Origin: an uncultured Alphaproteobacteria bacterium
Lineage (GTDB): Bacteria > Pseudomonadota > Alphaproteobacteria > JALCBB01
Length of the DNA: 64,000 bases
Assembly: GCA_958267355.1 (NCBI GenBank)
Contig: OY279575.1
Span: forward strand, 540,335 to 604,334
Direction of reading: 5' to 3'
Shown here: piece by piece, positions 30,101 to 40,694 of the stretch
Numbering within the stretch: the first letter of the stretch is position 1
Layout of the letters: each line of letters starts with the position of its first letter
Notes under the pieces: generated by a model
Database searches by the model: none
Seen by the model: only the letters and a program-made list of their open reading frames with translations
Told to the model about the DNA's origin: nothing
Made by a program: the position numbers and the translations under genes

Positions 30101-31216
30101 GACGAAGCAATAGAGCTAGACCAAGCCCTGCATTTGCCAAGCGAGTCGGTTGATGACGGAGAAGAAGTTCGTGTACCACTGCGCGAGCGTTTGACCGATC
30201 CCGTGCCTGAAAAACGCGCCGAAGCCGTAGCCGAGCTGGCAGCAAAAGCCATTGCCCGTGGCAAACGCGATCCCTTGCCCTCACGGCGTTCGGGCTATAC
30301 ACAAAAAGCTTCTGTCGCAGGACACAAAATTTACCTGCGGACAGGCGAATATCAAGATGGCGCACTGGGCGAAATCTTTATTGATATGCACAAAGAAGGC
30401 GCGGCGTTTCGCTCTTTGATGAATAACTTTGCGATTGCGGTTTCTATTGGCTTGCAATACGGCGTGCCATTAGAAGAATATGTTGAAGCCTTCACCTTCA
30501 CGCGGTTTGAACCCGCAGGAGCCGTGAGCGGTAACAATATGGTCAAGATGGCGACTTCTATTCTGGATTATGTCTTCCGTGAATTGTCCATTAGCTATTT
30601 AGACCGCTACGACTTAGGGCATGTGGCTCCTGAAGACCTGCTTGCCGACACAACAGGCCACGGAGCTAAATCTAAAGGACGCAACGAAGCTGGCGAAGCA
30701 ATTTCAGCCGCCACTCTGGCTGGCGGAATGTCACGCGGCTTCGGACGTGGCGGATTGCGTCTGGTCTCGGGCGGAGCGGGGCAAGACTCGCGACAGGCTG
30801 TTCATAGGGAAGACCAAGAAGGAGAAAAGGTAGCAGAAGCGGTTTCTGGGCAAGCGGGTGCTGTCGCTGGTGCTACAGGTGCGCCAACGGGTGCGCTAAC
30901 AGGCACAACAGCCAGTGTCGCAACAGGAATGCTAACAGGAGCCATAGCAACAGGCGGTGTCGCGGCTACAGGAGCCGCTACGGCACAAGAAGTTTTTATT
31001 GCTTCAGATACTGTTTCTGATACCGCTTCGGCTATTCCTTCAGGTATCGCTTCAAGCGGCGGGGAGGTAATGCACTCCACTGCCAGCCGTTCGGCAAAAG
31101 CCAAACTGCAGGGCTATTCAGGAGACGCCTGCACCGATTGCGGGAATTTCACCCTGATGCGAAATGGCTCGTGCCTGTCTTGTGCCACCTGTGGAGCGAC
31201 TACAGGCTGTTCTTGA
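27131..31216 (+). CDS. nrdJ: ribonucleotide reductase; class II (B12-dependent, NrdJ) inferred from size and C-terminal CxxC tail, with low-complexity insertions
   Basis: RNR catalytic core (NPCSEY, conserved barrel segments) and C-terminal CxxC...CxxC tail. In-frame (ASALET)x4 repeat at 28174-28245 and Ala/Gly/Thr-rich region about 30830-31000. Confidence 0.88.
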   Translation: MRFERFHTVAGESPYRGIEFKTVSSVMRNPDGQVVFEAQNIQVPEFWSQVATDILARKYFRKRGVPTVLRRVEEEGVPAFLWRSEADEAACADLPEDQQEGGETDARAVFNRLAGAWTYWGWKAGIFSAEEDAQVFYDELCHQLARQMAAPNSPQWFNTGLHWAYGIEGPPQGHWYWDEEKHRSVPSESAYARPQPHACFIQSVEDDLVGADGIMDLWQREARLFKYGSGSGTNYSALRGAGESLSGGGESSGLMSFLQIGDRAAGAIRSGGTTRRAAKMVTLDADHPDVEEYVSWKWVEEQKVASLVAGAALCRKHLNRVLRAAQEGTEATEGAGGNRGKTGNTEGTASALETASALETASALETASALERESLQKNPALRSAVRQARRAGVPENYIRRAVRMAELGQSEWDFPLYDTDWDSEAYRTVSGQNSNNSIRLPDAFLQAVETDSEWHLTRRTDGAVSKTLRARDLWKRIGWAAWHSADPGVQFDTTINEWHTCPADGRIRASNPCSEYMFLDDTACNLASLNLLRFLAEPNEASQEGQEKSETGEAFRVEAFEQAVRLWTVVLEISVTMAQFPSAQIAERSWRFRTLGLGYANLGALLMSLGLGYDSKEGRALAGAVTALLGGVSWRTSAELAEQLGSFAGYAANRESLLRVLRNHRRAAAGEQEDYESLSILPVAHQEAECPLPSVSRAALQAWDDALELGNTCGFRNAQTTCIAPTGTIGLVMDCDTTGVEPNFALVSFKQLAGGGYFKMINRAVPQALQALGYDEVAIQEMIRYATGHATLAGAPGVNHETLRAKGFSDSVLEEVERILPGVFSIRFAFNRWTLGEDFCRETLGLTESDLADPSLDLLARIGFTASDIEAANRFCCGSMSLEGAPELRSDHLAVFDCAVLCGSEGTRVLAPRSHVDMLAAVQPFICGSISKTINLPPTATVEDCMDAYHRSWRLGLKANALYRDGSKLSQPLVSAFLDDLEDEAEDSDRDEAIELDQALHLPSESVDDGEEVRVPLRERLTDPVPEKRAEAVAELAAKAIARGKRDPLPSRRSGYTQKASVAGHKIYLRTGEYQDGALGEIFIDMHKEGAAFRSLMNNFAIAVSIGLQYGVPLEEYVEAFTFTRFEPAGAVSGNNMVKMATSILDYVFRELSISYLDRYDLGHVAPEDLLADTTGHGAKSKGRNEAGEAISAATLAGGMSRGFGRGGLRLVSGGAGQDSRQAVHREDQEGEKVAEAVSGQAGAVAGATGAPTGALTGTTASVATGMLTGAIATGGVAATGAATAQEVFIASDTVSDTASAIPSGIASSGGEVMHSTASRSAKAKLQGYSGDACTDCGNFTLMRNGSCLSCATCGATTGCS

Positions 31217-31244
31217 AGTATCTTGTGGGTGCAAAAAGGCTAAT

Positions 31245-31291
31245 CAGGCACGAAGCCATCTGCTACGGGCAATAACATTTCTTCGTGCCTG
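31245..31291. terminator. candidate bidirectional hairpin between convergent nrdJ and ridA
   Basis: 11-bp stem caggcacgaag/cttcgtgcctg with a ~25-nt loop. No U-tract, so it could be a structural element rather than an intrinsic terminator. Confidence 0.35.
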
Positions 31292-31308
31292 TCTAACGCC
31301 TAAAGCCT

Positions 31309-31779
31309 TTACCCCTTCAAGCGCACGATTAGATCTACTTCAACCGCAACATTAAGCGGCAAGACTGCGACTCCAACTGCTGAGCGGGCGTGTTTGCCTG
31401 CTTCACCAAAAACCTTGCCAAGCAAATCAGAAGCTCCGTTAGCGACTTTTGGCTGTTCGCTATAAGACGGGTCTGAGGCAACAAAGACAGCAATTTTTTC
31501 AATTCGACGGACTTGAGTTAAATCTCCACCGCAAGCGGCGCGGATCTGCGCAATCGCGTTGATGATGCATTGCTCGGCGGCGGCGACTCCTTGTTCGGTG
31601 GTTACATCTTTGCCTAGCAAGCCACTGGCAACGGCTGTCCCATCTTTGAGGGGAAGCTGCCCTGAGATGTAGAGCGTACTGTCGGTCTTCACATAGGGCA
31701 GATAGTTCGCCACAGGAGCAGGGGCTTCAGGCAGGGTAATACCCAGTGCTTCAAGGCGTGAGTCAGGCGTATCAGACAT
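31309..31779 (-). CDS. ridA: RidA/YjgF family protein
   Basis: YjgF/chorismate-mutase-like fold signature (LPYVKTDSTLYISGQLP...NVAVEVDLIV). Confidence 0.82.
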   Translation of the reverse strand: MSDTPDSRLEALGITLPEAPAPVANYLPYVKTDSTLYISGQLPLKDGTAVASGLLGKDVTTEQGVAAAEQCIINAIAQIRAACGGDLTQVRRIEKIAVFVASDPSYSEQPKVANGASDLLGKVFGEAGKHARSAVGVAVLPLNVAVEVDLIVRLKG

Positions 31780-31959
31780 TTGGAGTCTCCATTGTTCAAG
31801 GGCGTAGCGGGCTAAAGACAGGGTTTGTAGAGTCAGCAGGGGTAGCAGGTTTAGAAGTCAGGTTTATAGGCGAAAAACGCGTAGTTGGTAAGATAGTTGG
31901 TGAAGGCAGTTGGTAAGACATTTGGTGAAGGGCAATCGGGGGAGCTGTGTAACCGCTCT

Positions 31960-32300
31960 TTCAACGATTCTTGCCTCCCACACGGCTTGTATGCCCGCTA
32001 CAGGGCTTTATTCCCGCCACAGGCACAAAGTCCCCACAGGGCTTTATAGGGCTTCCACGGGGCTTATAGGGCTTGTACAGGGCTTTTCCACTGCCCCTAA
32101 GGCTTGGTACCGCCACAGGGCTTATAGGGCTTCCACGGGGCTTATAGGCTTCTATATGGCTTCTAGGGGGCTTATGGGGCTTGTGAAGGGCTTGTATGCC
32201 CGCTACAGGGCTTTATCCCGCCACAGGCACAATGATAGCCCTACAGGGCTTATAGGGCTTCTACGGGGCTTATAGGCTTCTATATGGCTTTCTAGGGGGC
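31960..32300. repeat. GGGCTTATAGGGCTT-type degenerate tandem array with two ~100-bp direct repeats
   Basis: 31990-32090 roughly matches 32195-32295, both built from 10-12-bp GGGCTT(A/C)T(A/G)G units. The same motif family appears at 1060-1190, 36285-36300 and 38020-38075. Confidence 0.8.
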
Positions 32301-33338
32301 TTATAAGGCTTCCACGGGGCCTATGGCTGCCGCACGGCTTACCCGCTCGCGTAGGGCTTCAGCAGAGACAGGGAGAGGGGCTACAACAATCGCCGTAGCC
32401 CCAGAGACTTCCAGACGGCGTAGAGCCGCAAACAGGTTATGGGCGGCTTGTTGGGGGTTTCCTGATGGGCTTAAGGTTTCTGCCGCCAGTGGCGTTCCTA
32501 TCGGCTCTGTGGAGCCAAAACCAAGCCAAGCTTCACTACGCTCCACCCGTGGCGATTCGCCCTGCCGTAGAAGCCGCACAGGAATAGCAGGAGCGTAATG
32601 CCTGAAATGTCTCCCTGGGGATAAGGGGCGGGACTCTACCGCTACGGCTTCCGTGGCTTCTATAGCTATAGCTTCTGTGGCTTCTGTGGCTTCAGGCAAG
32701 GCGGCTAGGGGTGCGCCCAAGACTTCTTCTAACTCTGGGCGGGAAATCGCTCCGTAGCGCAAAAGGGTAGGGGCTTTGTCAGGCAGGCACAGGACAATTG
32801 TCGACTCAAGTCCGTGTTCGCTGGCTCCTGCGTCTAGGATGAGTGCAGGGGCAAATTCACTCTCGGCAAAATCATCTGCTACATGCTGGGCTTCGGTAGC
32901 ACTCGGTCTGCCCGACCGATTAGCACTCGGAGCCGCAATAGGACAATGAACCGCTTTCAACAAATCTTGGGCAACAGGGTGCGCAGGAACCCGCACCGCA
33001 AGGGTAGGCAAATTCGCCGTCACCGCAGAAACAATCGCAGAATCCATAAGTGGAGCCACAAGGGTTAAAGCTCCAGGCCAGAAGGCTTCACCAAGCCGCT
33101 TGGCTGTGTCATCAAAGGAACAGGTTTTTTCCGCTTCTGCCCGATTGCCAAGATGCACAATCAACGGATTCACCGCAGGACGATTTTTCGCCGCGTAAAG
33201 ACGGGCAATAGCTTGCCCGTTGGTTGCGTCGGCTCCTAAGCCATAAACCGTTTCGCTAGGAAAGGCGACAAGTGCGCCCTGAGTCAGCTCTTGTGCGGCT
33301 TGGTCTATCGTCTCGGCAGTCGGAGAGACAAGTTTCAT
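32301..33338 (-). CDS. tsaC: L-threonylcarbamoyladenylate synthase (Sua5/YrdC type)
   Basis: YrdC motif AFPSETVYGLGADATN and a C-terminal Sua5 domain. In-frame ATEA(T/I) repeat at 32641-32700. Confidence 0.88.
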   Translation of the reverse strand: MKLVSPTAETIDQAAQELTQGALVAFPSETVYGLGADATNGQAIARLYAAKNRPAVNPLIVHLGNRAEAEKTCSFDDTAKRLGEAFWPGALTLVAPLMDSAIVSAVTANLPTLAVRVPAHPVAQDLLKAVHCPIAAPSANRSGRPSATEAQHVADDFAESEFAPALILDAGASEHGLESTIVLCLPDKAPTLLRYGAISRPELEEVLGAPLAALPEATEATEAIAIEATEAVAVESRPLSPGRHFRHYAPAIPVRLLRQGESPRVERSEAWLGFGSTEPIGTPLAAETLSPSGNPQQAAHNLFAALRRLEVSGATAIVVAPLPVSAEALRERVSRAAAIGPVEAL

Positions 33339-34303
33339 TTCCCATCAGGGGGAGCCAAAGGCGCAGAAAATCGTTCAAGGCTTGGCTCAACTTTAATCGT
33401 TCCGTCAGCAACCGCGTAAGACCAGTAGGCAGATTTTTTAAGCCCGCCCAGCGGGTAGATATGCACGGTCTTCAATAGCGAGTCAGGGTCAGCGGCGACT
33501 CCGTGGGCAATTCCTGCAATCAGCTTGTCAGGCGCATTAACCATAATCAGCCGCGAAACATTTTTCGCCTGCTTAACCAAAAAAGACATAGAATTACCAA
33601 TCCCGCAATTCTTCGCATGCATCAGCAAAGTTTTAATCTGTGCCGGCCCTGGCACGCCAAGGGCAATCGGAAGCCGATTTCCTGCGGCACGAATTGTCCG
33701 CTCCCACGCAAGAACTGGCTCGGCTTCAAAACAGAACTGGGTAATCAAGCGGGTTTCAATCTGCGGATTTTGCTCCGCCCATTCGTTTTTCTGGCGTAAG
33801 GCAAGGGCAAGGTCAGAGTCAGAAATATCAGGGCTTCCTTCAGGGTGTCCTGCCACAGAAATACGCGTGAAGCCGCTGTCTTGAAATGCACCATCAGCCA
33901 GAAGGTCTAGCGAAGAAGTAAAAGAGCCAAGCGGCTTGTCAACAGCACCCGCCAAGACCACAGCTTCTTTGACTCCGACTTTGCTTAAGTCTTGGACAAG
34001 GCTACGAAACGACTCCGCATCAGGAAAAGACCGCGCCGCAAAGTGCGGCACAGCAATAAAGCCTTCGCGCATCAAACGCTCGGCGGTTTCTTTGGTGTCT
34101 TGTAAATCTGACCCAGGCAGAAAAGTCACCATCACCCGACAGCTCGGACGCAATAGATCTGCAAAGCTCTCAATCTTCTTCGCCGAAGCAGGAGTAATCT
34201 CCACCGAAAAGCCCGCAAACAGACTTTGCACAGCAGAAGTCAAAGCTTCCGCCGACTCAATCGCAGGACTCGTTGCCATGGTTTCTGTCATTGCTTCTGC
34301 CAT
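33335..34303 (-). CDS. metF: methylenetetrahydrofolate reductase family protein
   Basis: MTHFR-like TIM-barrel pattern (VEITP...VMVTF..G...VPH...GVPGP..IKTLLMHAKNCG). Overlaps sua5 by 4 nt. Confidence 0.7.
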   Translation of the reverse strand: MAEAMTETMATSPAIESAEALTSAVQSLFAGFSVEITPASAKKIESFADLLRPSCRVMVTFLPGSDLQDTKETAERLMREGFIAVPHFAARSFPDAESFRSLVQDLSKVGVKEAVVLAGAVDKPLGSFTSSLDLLADGAFQDSGFTRISVAGHPEGSPDISDSDLALALRQKNEWAEQNPQIETRLITQFCFEAEPVLAWERTIRAAGNRLPIALGVPGPAQIKTLLMHAKNCGIGNSMSFLVKQAKNVSRLIMVNAPDKLIAGIAHGVAADPDSLLKTVHIYPLGGLKKSAYWSYAVADGTIKVEPSLERFSAPLAPPDGK

Positions 34304-34314
34304 TGTTTGTTTCC

Positions 34315-34626
34315 TTATTCTGGCTTTTCTTCAAAGCCGCTGTTTTGTACAAGCTGTTCTAGCCGTGCATCATCATAAACCTGTTCTAGCCGCGTGGCTT
34401 CAGCTTGGATGACTTTTTCTAAGTCTTCGCTGGTCTCTAGGGTAGAAGTTGTCCGCCGCCATTCTTGTAGGTATTGGTCGGTGCCGATAAGGCGTGCCCG
34501 CATGGCGGCACGGTCTATCGCCTTCTCAAACCGCTCGGATAGCTTGGCGGCAGTGCGGCTGCGTCCGTGGCGGCCATTGACTTGGGCGGGGATATCCCGC
34601 CACCAAAGGGTAATCTGTTCAGCCAT
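34315..34626 (-). CDS. small conserved hypothetical protein (WRDIPAQV motif; recalled as a 'virulence factor'-family neighbour of metF)
   Basis: 103 aa (MAEQITLWWRDIPAQVNGRHGRSRTAAKLSERFEKAIDRAAMRARLIG...). Family assignment is from memory only. Confidence 0.45.
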   Translation of the reverse strand: MAEQITLWWRDIPAQVNGRHGRSRTAAKLSERFEKAIDRAAMRARLIGTDQYLQEWRRTTSTLETSEDLEKVIQAEATRLEQVYDDARLEQLVQNSGFEEKPE

Positions 34627-34662
34627 AGGTATCCTTGGGGCTTAATCTTTGGAAATTAATCC

Positions 34663-35406
34663 TTAGGACTTAATCTGTGATTCGTGCTTGTCGCCGAGAG
34701 CAGGGTTCAGGGCTTCAGCAAACGGAGTCAGCCCTGTGTGTCGCTCTTCATAAGCCAAGCCAAGCTGTTTGGCAATTTCTTGGGCTTGCTGGCGTAGGCT
34801 CGGGATATCCAGCTGCGAAAGATAAACCAGCTTCTGATAGTTGGAGAAATAGGTGTCTAGCAGTTCAGGGTGTTTATCCAAGCCCAAGCCCCGCCACATC
34901 AGGCTATGAAAGTGGCGGACAAGAAAGTCCGTCAGATAAAAGCAAAACGGATTGTCTTCGTGTTCTTGGTCAAACAGCTCTGTGCCACGAAAGAAACCAT
35001 AGCAGTGGGTTCCAGGCAGGGACTCAACGCCGAATTCGTTCAGCACGGGTTGTAAAAGTCCGCCTGTGCCGCAATCCGCATAGCCGACGAATATGCTTCC
35101 CCAGCCACGCGGCTGTTCTTCGCTCAAGACCCGTCGCACTTCGTCAGGAATACGTTTCGGATAATTGTGCAAGATCGCTGGCAAACAGCGCAAAGCCAAA
35201 TGCTGCCAGTTATTCTTCTTGCGCAAAAGCAAAATCTCAGGAGCCAAAGCTCCGCAAGCGATGATCAGAACGCTTTGTGCCGTATCGGTCGCAGACCGCG
35301 CCGATGGCGAGCCTTGAATGACTTCTTCGCTATCAAGGCTATCAGGCTTGCCACGCCAAGGATGCAACAGATTAGCCCGCAGGTGGCTGATTGTGACGGC
35401 GGGCAA
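34663..35406 (-). CDS. DUF1638-like protein
   Basis: 247 aa (VLIIACGALAPEILLL...CGTGGLL), genomically linked to the MttB and corrinoid genes. Family assignment recalled, not computed. Confidence 0.5.
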   Translation of the reverse strand: MPAVTISHLRANLLHPWRGKPDSLDSEEVIQGSPSARSATDTAQSVLIIACGALAPEILLLRKKNNWQHLALRCLPAILHNYPKRIPDEVRRVLSEEQPRGWGSIFVGYADCGTGGLLQPVLNEFGVESLPGTHCYGFFRGTELFDQEHEDNPFCFYLTDFLVRHFHSLMWRGLGLDKHPELLDTYFSNYQKLVYLSQLDIPSLRQQAQEIAKQLGLAYEERHTGLTPFAEALNPALGDKHESQIKS

Positions 35407-36100
35407 TCAGCTCTTTGGCGGTATCTACGGCTACTGCCGCATCACGGCAGTAGGCATCGGCTCCGATGGCTTCAGCGAATTCTTCGTTCAAAGGCGCACC
35501 ACCAACCAGCACAATAATTTCATCGCGCTTTTCGTGTTCTTTGAGTGCTTCAATCACGACTTTCATGTAGGGCATAGTCGTTGTAAGCAACGCCGACATA
35601 CCGAGTATTTCGGGCTCGTGTTCGTCAATTGCCGCCATATAGTTTTCAACGGGATTGTTAATCCCCAAATCCACGACTTCAAAGCCTGCGCCTTCCATCA
35701 TCATGATGACAAGATTCTTGCCGATGTCGTGGATATCTCCCTTGACCGTGCCGATGACCATCGTGCCGATTTTTGGCGCTCCCGTTTCGGCAAGGAGCGG
35801 GCGCAGGATTTCCATCCCTCCCTTCATCGCGTTGGCGGAAAGCAAAACTTCAGGCACAAACAAAATTCCATCACGGAAGTCAATGCCAACAATTCGCATG
35901 CCTTCCATGAGCGAGTCGGTGAGAATTTTATAGGGTGCCCAGCCCCTGTCCAGAAAAATACGAACCGCTTCGCAGATTTCATCTTTGAGTCCGTCGTAGA
36001 GATCATCCATCATCTGCTTAACCAAGTCTTCGTCAGACAGGTCAGCAAGGATAATTTCTTCGTCGTCCTGGCTTGCGCCATTGGCAGGTGTATCGTTCAT
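35372..36100 (-). CDS. corrinoid (cobalamin-binding) protein
   Basis: B12-binding domain DxHxxG (GDIHDIGKNLV), GMSALLTTT and VLVGGAPL motifs. Start at ATG 36100 with GGAGG 5 nt upstream. Confidence 0.88.
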   Translation of the reverse strand: MNDTPANGASQDDEEIILADLSDEDLVKQMMDDLYDGLKDEICEAVRIFLDRGWAPYKILTDSLMEGMRIVGIDFRDGILFVPEVLLSANAMKGGMEILRPLLAETGAPKIGTMVIGTVKGDIHDIGKNLVIMMMEGAGFEVVDLGINNPVENYMAAIDEHEPEILGMSALLTTTMPYMKVVIEALKEHEKRDEIIVLVGGAPLNEEFAEAIGADAYCRDAAVAVDTAKELIARRHNQPPAG

Positions 36101-36347
36101 AACTCCTCCGTAGAAGGTAAAATCAGGGGGAGAATAGGGCGGGCAAGCACATAGAGCAAGACCACCCCGCACAAGAAATAGAATAGCAAGAAAGCCTATG
36201 CGTCCAGATGACTTGCCTTATGGGGCAAGCAAGCCTAAAACTCCCCCTGCACGCCCCCTGCAAGAGCCCTTCTAAATGGGGCGTGCATACGCCATCTAGG
36301 GGGCTTATTCCCTAAGCTAACCCGCCTGGGCCAAGAGGAGAAAAACC

Positions 36348-38018
36348 ATGGCAAAAAGCGATATAGAAATCGCACGGGAGGCGACTCCCGACGCAATAGA
36401 AGTCATCGCCGAGCGAGCAGGAATTCCCGCGGATTCGCTATACCGATATGGCCCCTACAAAGGCAAAGTCGATTCAGAGTGGCTGGCACAGCAAAAAACC
36501 CGCTCCGACTCAAAGCTGGTTTTGGTAACGGCGATTAATCCGACTCCAGCAGGAGAGGGCAAGACAACAACAACCGTTGGCTTAGGCGATGCACTCCGCC
36601 GCATTGGTAAGTCGGTGCATATCTGCCTGCGCGAGCCTTCACTCGGACCCTGCTTCGGAGTCAAAGGCGGAGCCGCAGGCGGCGGCTACGCGCAAGTCAT
36701 TCCAATGGAAGATATCAACCTGCACTTCACAGGGGACTTTCACGCCATCGGTGCTGCCCATAACCTGCTATCAGCAATGGTTGACAATCATATCTATTGG
36801 GGCAACGAACTGGGAATTGATACACGCCGCATCGCTTGGCGGCGGGTCGTGGATATGAACGATAGAGCCTTGCGTAAAATTGTTGGCTCATTAGGCGGCA
36901 TAGCAAACGGATTTTCCCGCGAAGATGGCTTTGACATTGTTGTGGCTTCCGAAGTTATGGCGATTTTCTGCCTGTCGCGTGACCTAACAGACCTGCGCAC
37001 GCGTTTGGGAAAAGTCGTTGTCGGCTACACCCGTGACAAGACTCCGATCACGGCAGAGCAGGTGCAGGCTCCAGGAGCCATGACAGTGCTTTTGCGTGAT
37101 GCATTGGCTCCGAACTTGGTCCAGACTTTAGAAGGCACACCTGCCTTCATTCACGGTGGACCTTTCGCCAATATCGCCCACGGATGTAACTCCGTCGTCG
37201 CGACCAGTGCTTCGCGCAAGCTCGCCGAATACACCGTAACCGAAGCTGGCTTCGGAGCAGACTTAGGTGCCGAGAAATTCTTCAACATCAAATGCCGCAA
37301 AGCAGAATTATCTCCTGATGCGGTGGTGGTGGTAGCAACTGTACGAGCCTTGAAATCACACGGCGGAGTCGCCTTAAAAGAACTCGGCAAAGAAGATCCG
37401 CAAGCCGTAGAACGCGGCGTAACAAACCTTGAGCGTCACCTAGAAAATCTGCAAAAATTCGGCGTACCAGCCGTAGTCGCAATCAACAAGTTTTCGGGCG
37501 ATAGCCAAGCCGAGCTTGATGTTATTTCCGAACGCTGTGCAGCGCTCGGGGCAAAAGCCGTGCTGTGCTCGCACTGGGCAGATGGCGGAGCTGGCACCGA
37601 AGCCCTAGCCAAGCAAGTTGTAGAAGTGGTTGAGTCAGGCACAGCAAGCTTTAAGCCGCTATATGATGACTCACTCTCCCTATGGGAAAAGGTAGAAACC
37701 GTAGCCCGAGAAATCTACCGTGCCGATGGCGTAGATGCCCCCGCCGCTGTGCGCAAGCAGTTTGACGAACTACAAGCCGATTACGGAAACTTCCCTGTCT
37801 GTATGGCGAAGACACAGTATTCTTTCTCCAGTGATCCAAGCCTCAAGGGTGCGCCCAGCGGACACCGCCTGACCGTGCGCGAAGTCCGTCTATCGGCAGG
37901 GGCGGGCTTTATCGTCGTAGTCTGCGGAGAAATCATGACCATGCCAGGCCTACCGCGTGAGCCTGCGGCGAATAAGATTCACCTAGATGACCAAGGCTTA
38001 GTTCAAGGGCTTTTTTAG
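36348..38018 (+). CDS. fhs: formate--tetrahydrofolate ligase
   Basis: Full-length FTHFS homologue ([28 protein letters not shown]). Confidence 0.95.
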   Translation: MAKSDIEIAREATPDAIEVIAERAGIPADSLYRYGPYKGKVDSEWLAQQKTRSDSKLVLVTAINPTPAGEGKTTTTVGLGDALRRIGKSVHICLREPSLGPCFGVKGGAAGGGYAQVIPMEDINLHFTGDFHAIGAAHNLLSAMVDNHIYWGNELGIDTRRIAWRRVVDMNDRALRKIVGSLGGIANGFSREDGFDIVVASEVMAIFCLSRDLTDLRTRLGKVVVGYTRDKTPITAEQVQAPGAMTVLLRDALAPNLVQTLEGTPAFIHGGPFANIAHGCNSVVATSASRKLAEYTVTEAGFGADLGAEKFFNIKCRKAELSPDAVVVVATVRALKSHGGVALKELGKEDPQAVERGVTNLERHLENLQKFGVPAVVAINKFSGDSQAELDVISERCAALGAKAVLCSHWADGGAGTEALAKQVVEVVESGTASFKPLYDDSLSLWEKVETVAREIYRADGVDAPAAVRKQFDELQADYGNFPVCMAKTQYSFSSDPSLKGAPSGHRLTVREVRLSAGAGFIVVVCGEIMTMPGLPREPAANKIHLDDQGLVQGLF

Positions 38019-38019
38019 G

Positions 38020-38125
38020 GGCTACTGCTTAGGGGGTACTGCTTAGGGCTATTGCTTAGGGGCTATTCTATACTCCGTCTTGTTTGCCCGATTCACCGCT
38101 GGATTCACCGCTGGATTCACCGATG
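38020..38125. repeat. two adjacent minisatellites: (CTACTGCTTAGGGG)x4 then (GGATTCACCGCT)x3
   Basis: Direct reading of the fhs-bioY intergenic region. Confidence 0.85.
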
Positions 38126-38220
38126 GGCTTGCATTCTAGCTCTAGCCGTTTAAGGTATTCTTCTTGTTGCTCTAACCAGCCAACGCGATATCCAACACAA
38201 CAAAGGGAAGGGTTCAGACA

Positions 38221-38877
38221 ATGACTTTTCGTTCTTGTAACCCCGCAGGGGTTTTGGTGCATAAAGTTCTGTCCGCAGACGCCACAGAAGCCAAGTTGCT
38301 TTGGCAAACCTTGGGCTTTGCTTTGCTCTTTGTTTCAGCAACAGCTCTGTTAGCTGTTTCGGCACATATGAAAGTGCCGTTTTATCCTGTGCCAATGACT
38401 TTGCAACCGCTGGCAGTCCTGCTGGTCGGAGCTGTCTTCGGTGCACGAGCAGGAGTCGCAGTTATTTTGCTCTACCTAGCCGAAGGGATCATCGGCTTGC
38501 CCGTCTTCGCTAGTGGGGCAGGGCTTGCCTATCTGATGGATCCGACTGCGGGCTATCTGCTGGGCTTCGTCTTGGCGGCAGGCGTAGTCGGATACGCCGC
38601 CGACAGGGGCTGGACTCGCTCCTTGGTCAAGGGAGTCGCTGTTATGACACTCGCCACGGCTACGATATACCTTTTGGGCGTGGCCTGGCTCGCCACAAGC
38701 GTGATGGGCGGCGATTGGCTGAAAGCCGTTCAGGTGGGAGCAATTCCCTTCCTGCTCGGCGATGCTTTGAAAATCGCCATCGCGGCTTGGCTCGCCAGTG
38801 GCTTAGCCCGTGTCGTCTCACGCGCCAACGCGTTGCCACAGGAAGCCGAGCAACAGCCACCAGCGCAAAACGAGTAG
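38221..38877 (+). CDS. bioY: BioY-family ECF transporter S component (biotin transporter-like)
   Basis: MTLQPLAVLLVGAVFG...GLPVFASGAGLAYLMDPTAGYLLGF, as in BioY. Start could be somewhat downstream. Confidence 0.72.
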   Translation: MTFRSCNPAGVLVHKVLSADATEAKLLWQTLGFALLFVSATALLAVSAHMKVPFYPVPMTLQPLAVLLVGAVFGARAGVAVILLYLAEGIIGLPVFASGAGLAYLMDPTAGYLLGFVLAAGVVGYAADRGWTRSLVKGVAVMTLATATIYLLGVAWLATSVMGGDWLKAVQVGAIPFLLGDALKIAIAAWLASGLARVVSRANALPQEAEQQPPAQNE

Positions 38878-38932
38878 TCAGCGAAGTTGATAGCACTCCT
38901 TGAACTTAAGCGCGTAAGGATAGGAAGCAACA

Positions 38933-40543
38933 ATGCAAGCAACAGAATCTACCGCGCCAAGCAAAGCGACAAAACCGCGGCGCAGTGTTCGTTCGCGTGC
39001 CCGTTCGGGTGGGCGTTCGGCAAACCTTGCCGAACGCGGCGGGGGGGGAATTAATCAACTTCCCAAGCGTAAGTTTATGAATCGTTTTCCGCCTGTCGCG
39101 TTTTTGAGCGAAGACGAAATTGAGTCAATTCATCAGGCTTCGCTCACCGTGCTACGCGATATCGGAATGTCTTTTATGCATCCCGAAGCCTTGAAGATTT
39201 TAAAAGAACACGGAGCCGAAATTGTCCCCGATAGCGATGTGGTTAAGTTTGATCCTGCTCTGGTGGAAGAATATATCGCCAAGGTACCGCCAACTTTCAC
39301 CCTACGCGGACGGAATCCCGACTCGGTGCATCAGATTGGCGGCAAAGAAATTGTTGTTGGCACGGTGAGCTCTGCGCCCAACTGTAGCGACTTAGACAAT
39401 GGACACCGTCCAGGCAATCAAAAAGATTACGAAAATCTTCTGCGGTTAAACCAATACTTTAATGTCTTCTCGTTTGTTGGCGGATATCCCGTAGAGCCTG
39501 CTGACCTGCCGCCCGAAACCCGCCACCTAGACGCGTCTGAAGCAATGTTGCGCCTATCGGATAAGCCCTTCTACGGCTATTCGCTCGGGCGGGCGCGTAT
39601 TCTGGACTCAATTGAAATCTGCCGCCGTGGCTTGGGTATCGGGGATCAAGAGCTTTTACAAGACGCCTATTTGATGACCGTGGTGAATACTTCGTCGCCG
39701 ATGCGTTTGGATGGTCCGATGATTGAAGGAATCATAGAAATGGCGCAGGTGCGTCAGCCTGTGATTATTACGCCTTTCACTTTGAGCGGAGCTATGGCTC
39801 CAGCCAGCTTGTCAGGAGCTTTGGTATCGCAAAACGCTGAAGCCTTGGCGAGCATTGCCTTTATGCAGATGGTTAAGGCGGGAGCTCCGCTTGTCTATGG
39901 CACTTTTACCTCCAATGTGGATATGAAAAGCGGTGCGCCTGCTTTCGGCACACCCGAATATGTCAAGACAACTCTCGCCAGCGGACAGCTCGGCAGACGC
40001 TATAAGATTCCGATGCGGGCAAGCAATGCCTGTGCCGCCAACGCCGTAGATGGACAAGCGGCTTACGAGTCTATGTTTTCTCTCTGGTCTTTTGTTTTGG
40101 GCGGAATTCATGTCTGCAAGCACGGAGCGGGCTGGCTGGAAGGGGGCTTAGTGGCTTCGTTTGAAAAGCTCATTATGGATGTAGAAATTCTGCAGAACTT
40201 CTTGGAAATGATGGAGCCAATCGCCATGGACGCAGACTCAATGGCATTAGAAGCCATTCGCGAAGTCGGGCAGGGCGGGCATTTCTTTGGCGCCGCGCAT
40301 ACTATGGCGCGCTACGATACGGCTTTTTATTCGCCTTTGGTGTCCGATTGGCGCAATCATGGAGCGTGGGAAGAAGCGGGGTCTCCGCAGACGGCAGAGC
40401 ATTGCAATCGCGTGTGGAAGCAAGCCCTTGCCGAATACCAGCAGCCCGAGTGGGACCCTGCCTGTGCCGAGTCGGTGCGGGAATATGTAGAGCTACGCCG
40501 CGCACAAGGCGGAAGTGAATCCCTGCCTGACCACGCGGCTTGA
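38933..40543 (+). CDS. MttB-superfamily (trimethylamine-methyltransferase family, non-pyrrolysine) corrinoid methyltransferase
   Basis: MttB-like N-terminal region (FLSEDEIESIHQASLTVLRDIGMSF) and length. AGGAAG 6 nt before ATG 38933. A 48-aa Arg-rich N-terminal extension precedes the alternative start at 39077. Confidence 0.78.
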   Translation: MQATESTAPSKATKPRRSVRSRARSGGRSANLAERGGGGINQLPKRKFMNRFPPVAFLSEDEIESIHQASLTVLRDIGMSFMHPEALKILKEHGAEIVPDSDVVKFDPALVEEYIAKVPPTFTLRGRNPDSVHQIGGKEIVVGTVSSAPNCSDLDNGHRPGNQKDYENLLRLNQYFNVFSFVGGYPVEPADLPPETRHLDASEAMLRLSDKPFYGYSLGRARILDSIEICRRGLGIGDQELLQDAYLMTVVNTSSPMRLDGPMIEGIIEMAQVRQPVIITPFTLSGAMAPASLSGALVSQNAEALASIAFMQMVKAGAPLVYGTFTSNVDMKSGAPAFGTPEYVKTTLASGQLGRRYKIPMRASNACAANAVDGQAAYESMFSLWSFVLGGIHVCKHGAGWLEGGLVASFEKLIMDVEILQNFLEMMEPIAMDADSMALEAIREVGQGGHFFGAAHTMARYDTAFYSPLVSDWRNHGAWEEAGSPQTAEHCNRVWKQALAEYQQPEWDPACAESVREYVELRRAQGGSESLPDHAA

Positions 40544-40559
40544 CTCTAACAAGCTTGCT

Positions 40560-40690
40560 ACAGACGAACCAACAAGCAAGGGTTAATCCACAGGCAAAAG
40601 CGAAACCACGACTCAAAGCGAAAGCTAATTCATAAGCAAAAGCGAATCCACAAGCAAGAGTTAATTCACAAACAAATAAAAAGAAGGAAA
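40560..40690. repeat. degenerate ~24-bp tandem repeats (aagcRaRRgttaatYcacaRRcaaaagcgaa)
   Basis: Direct reading of the mttB-GFA intergenic region. Confidence 0.7.
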
Positions 40691-40694
40691 CAAG

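Noticed and set aside
27189-31104. Multiple antisense or alternate-frame ORFs inside nrdJ (e.g. 28614..29210 -, 30802..31104 -)
   Set aside because: Typical high-GC spurious ORFs embedded in a well-supported long CDS.
31910-32275. 121-aa ORF (TGLIGL... repeats) on + strand
   Set aside because: Entirely produced by translating the GGGCTTAT tandem array. Periodic amino-acid pattern, no start context, not protein-like.
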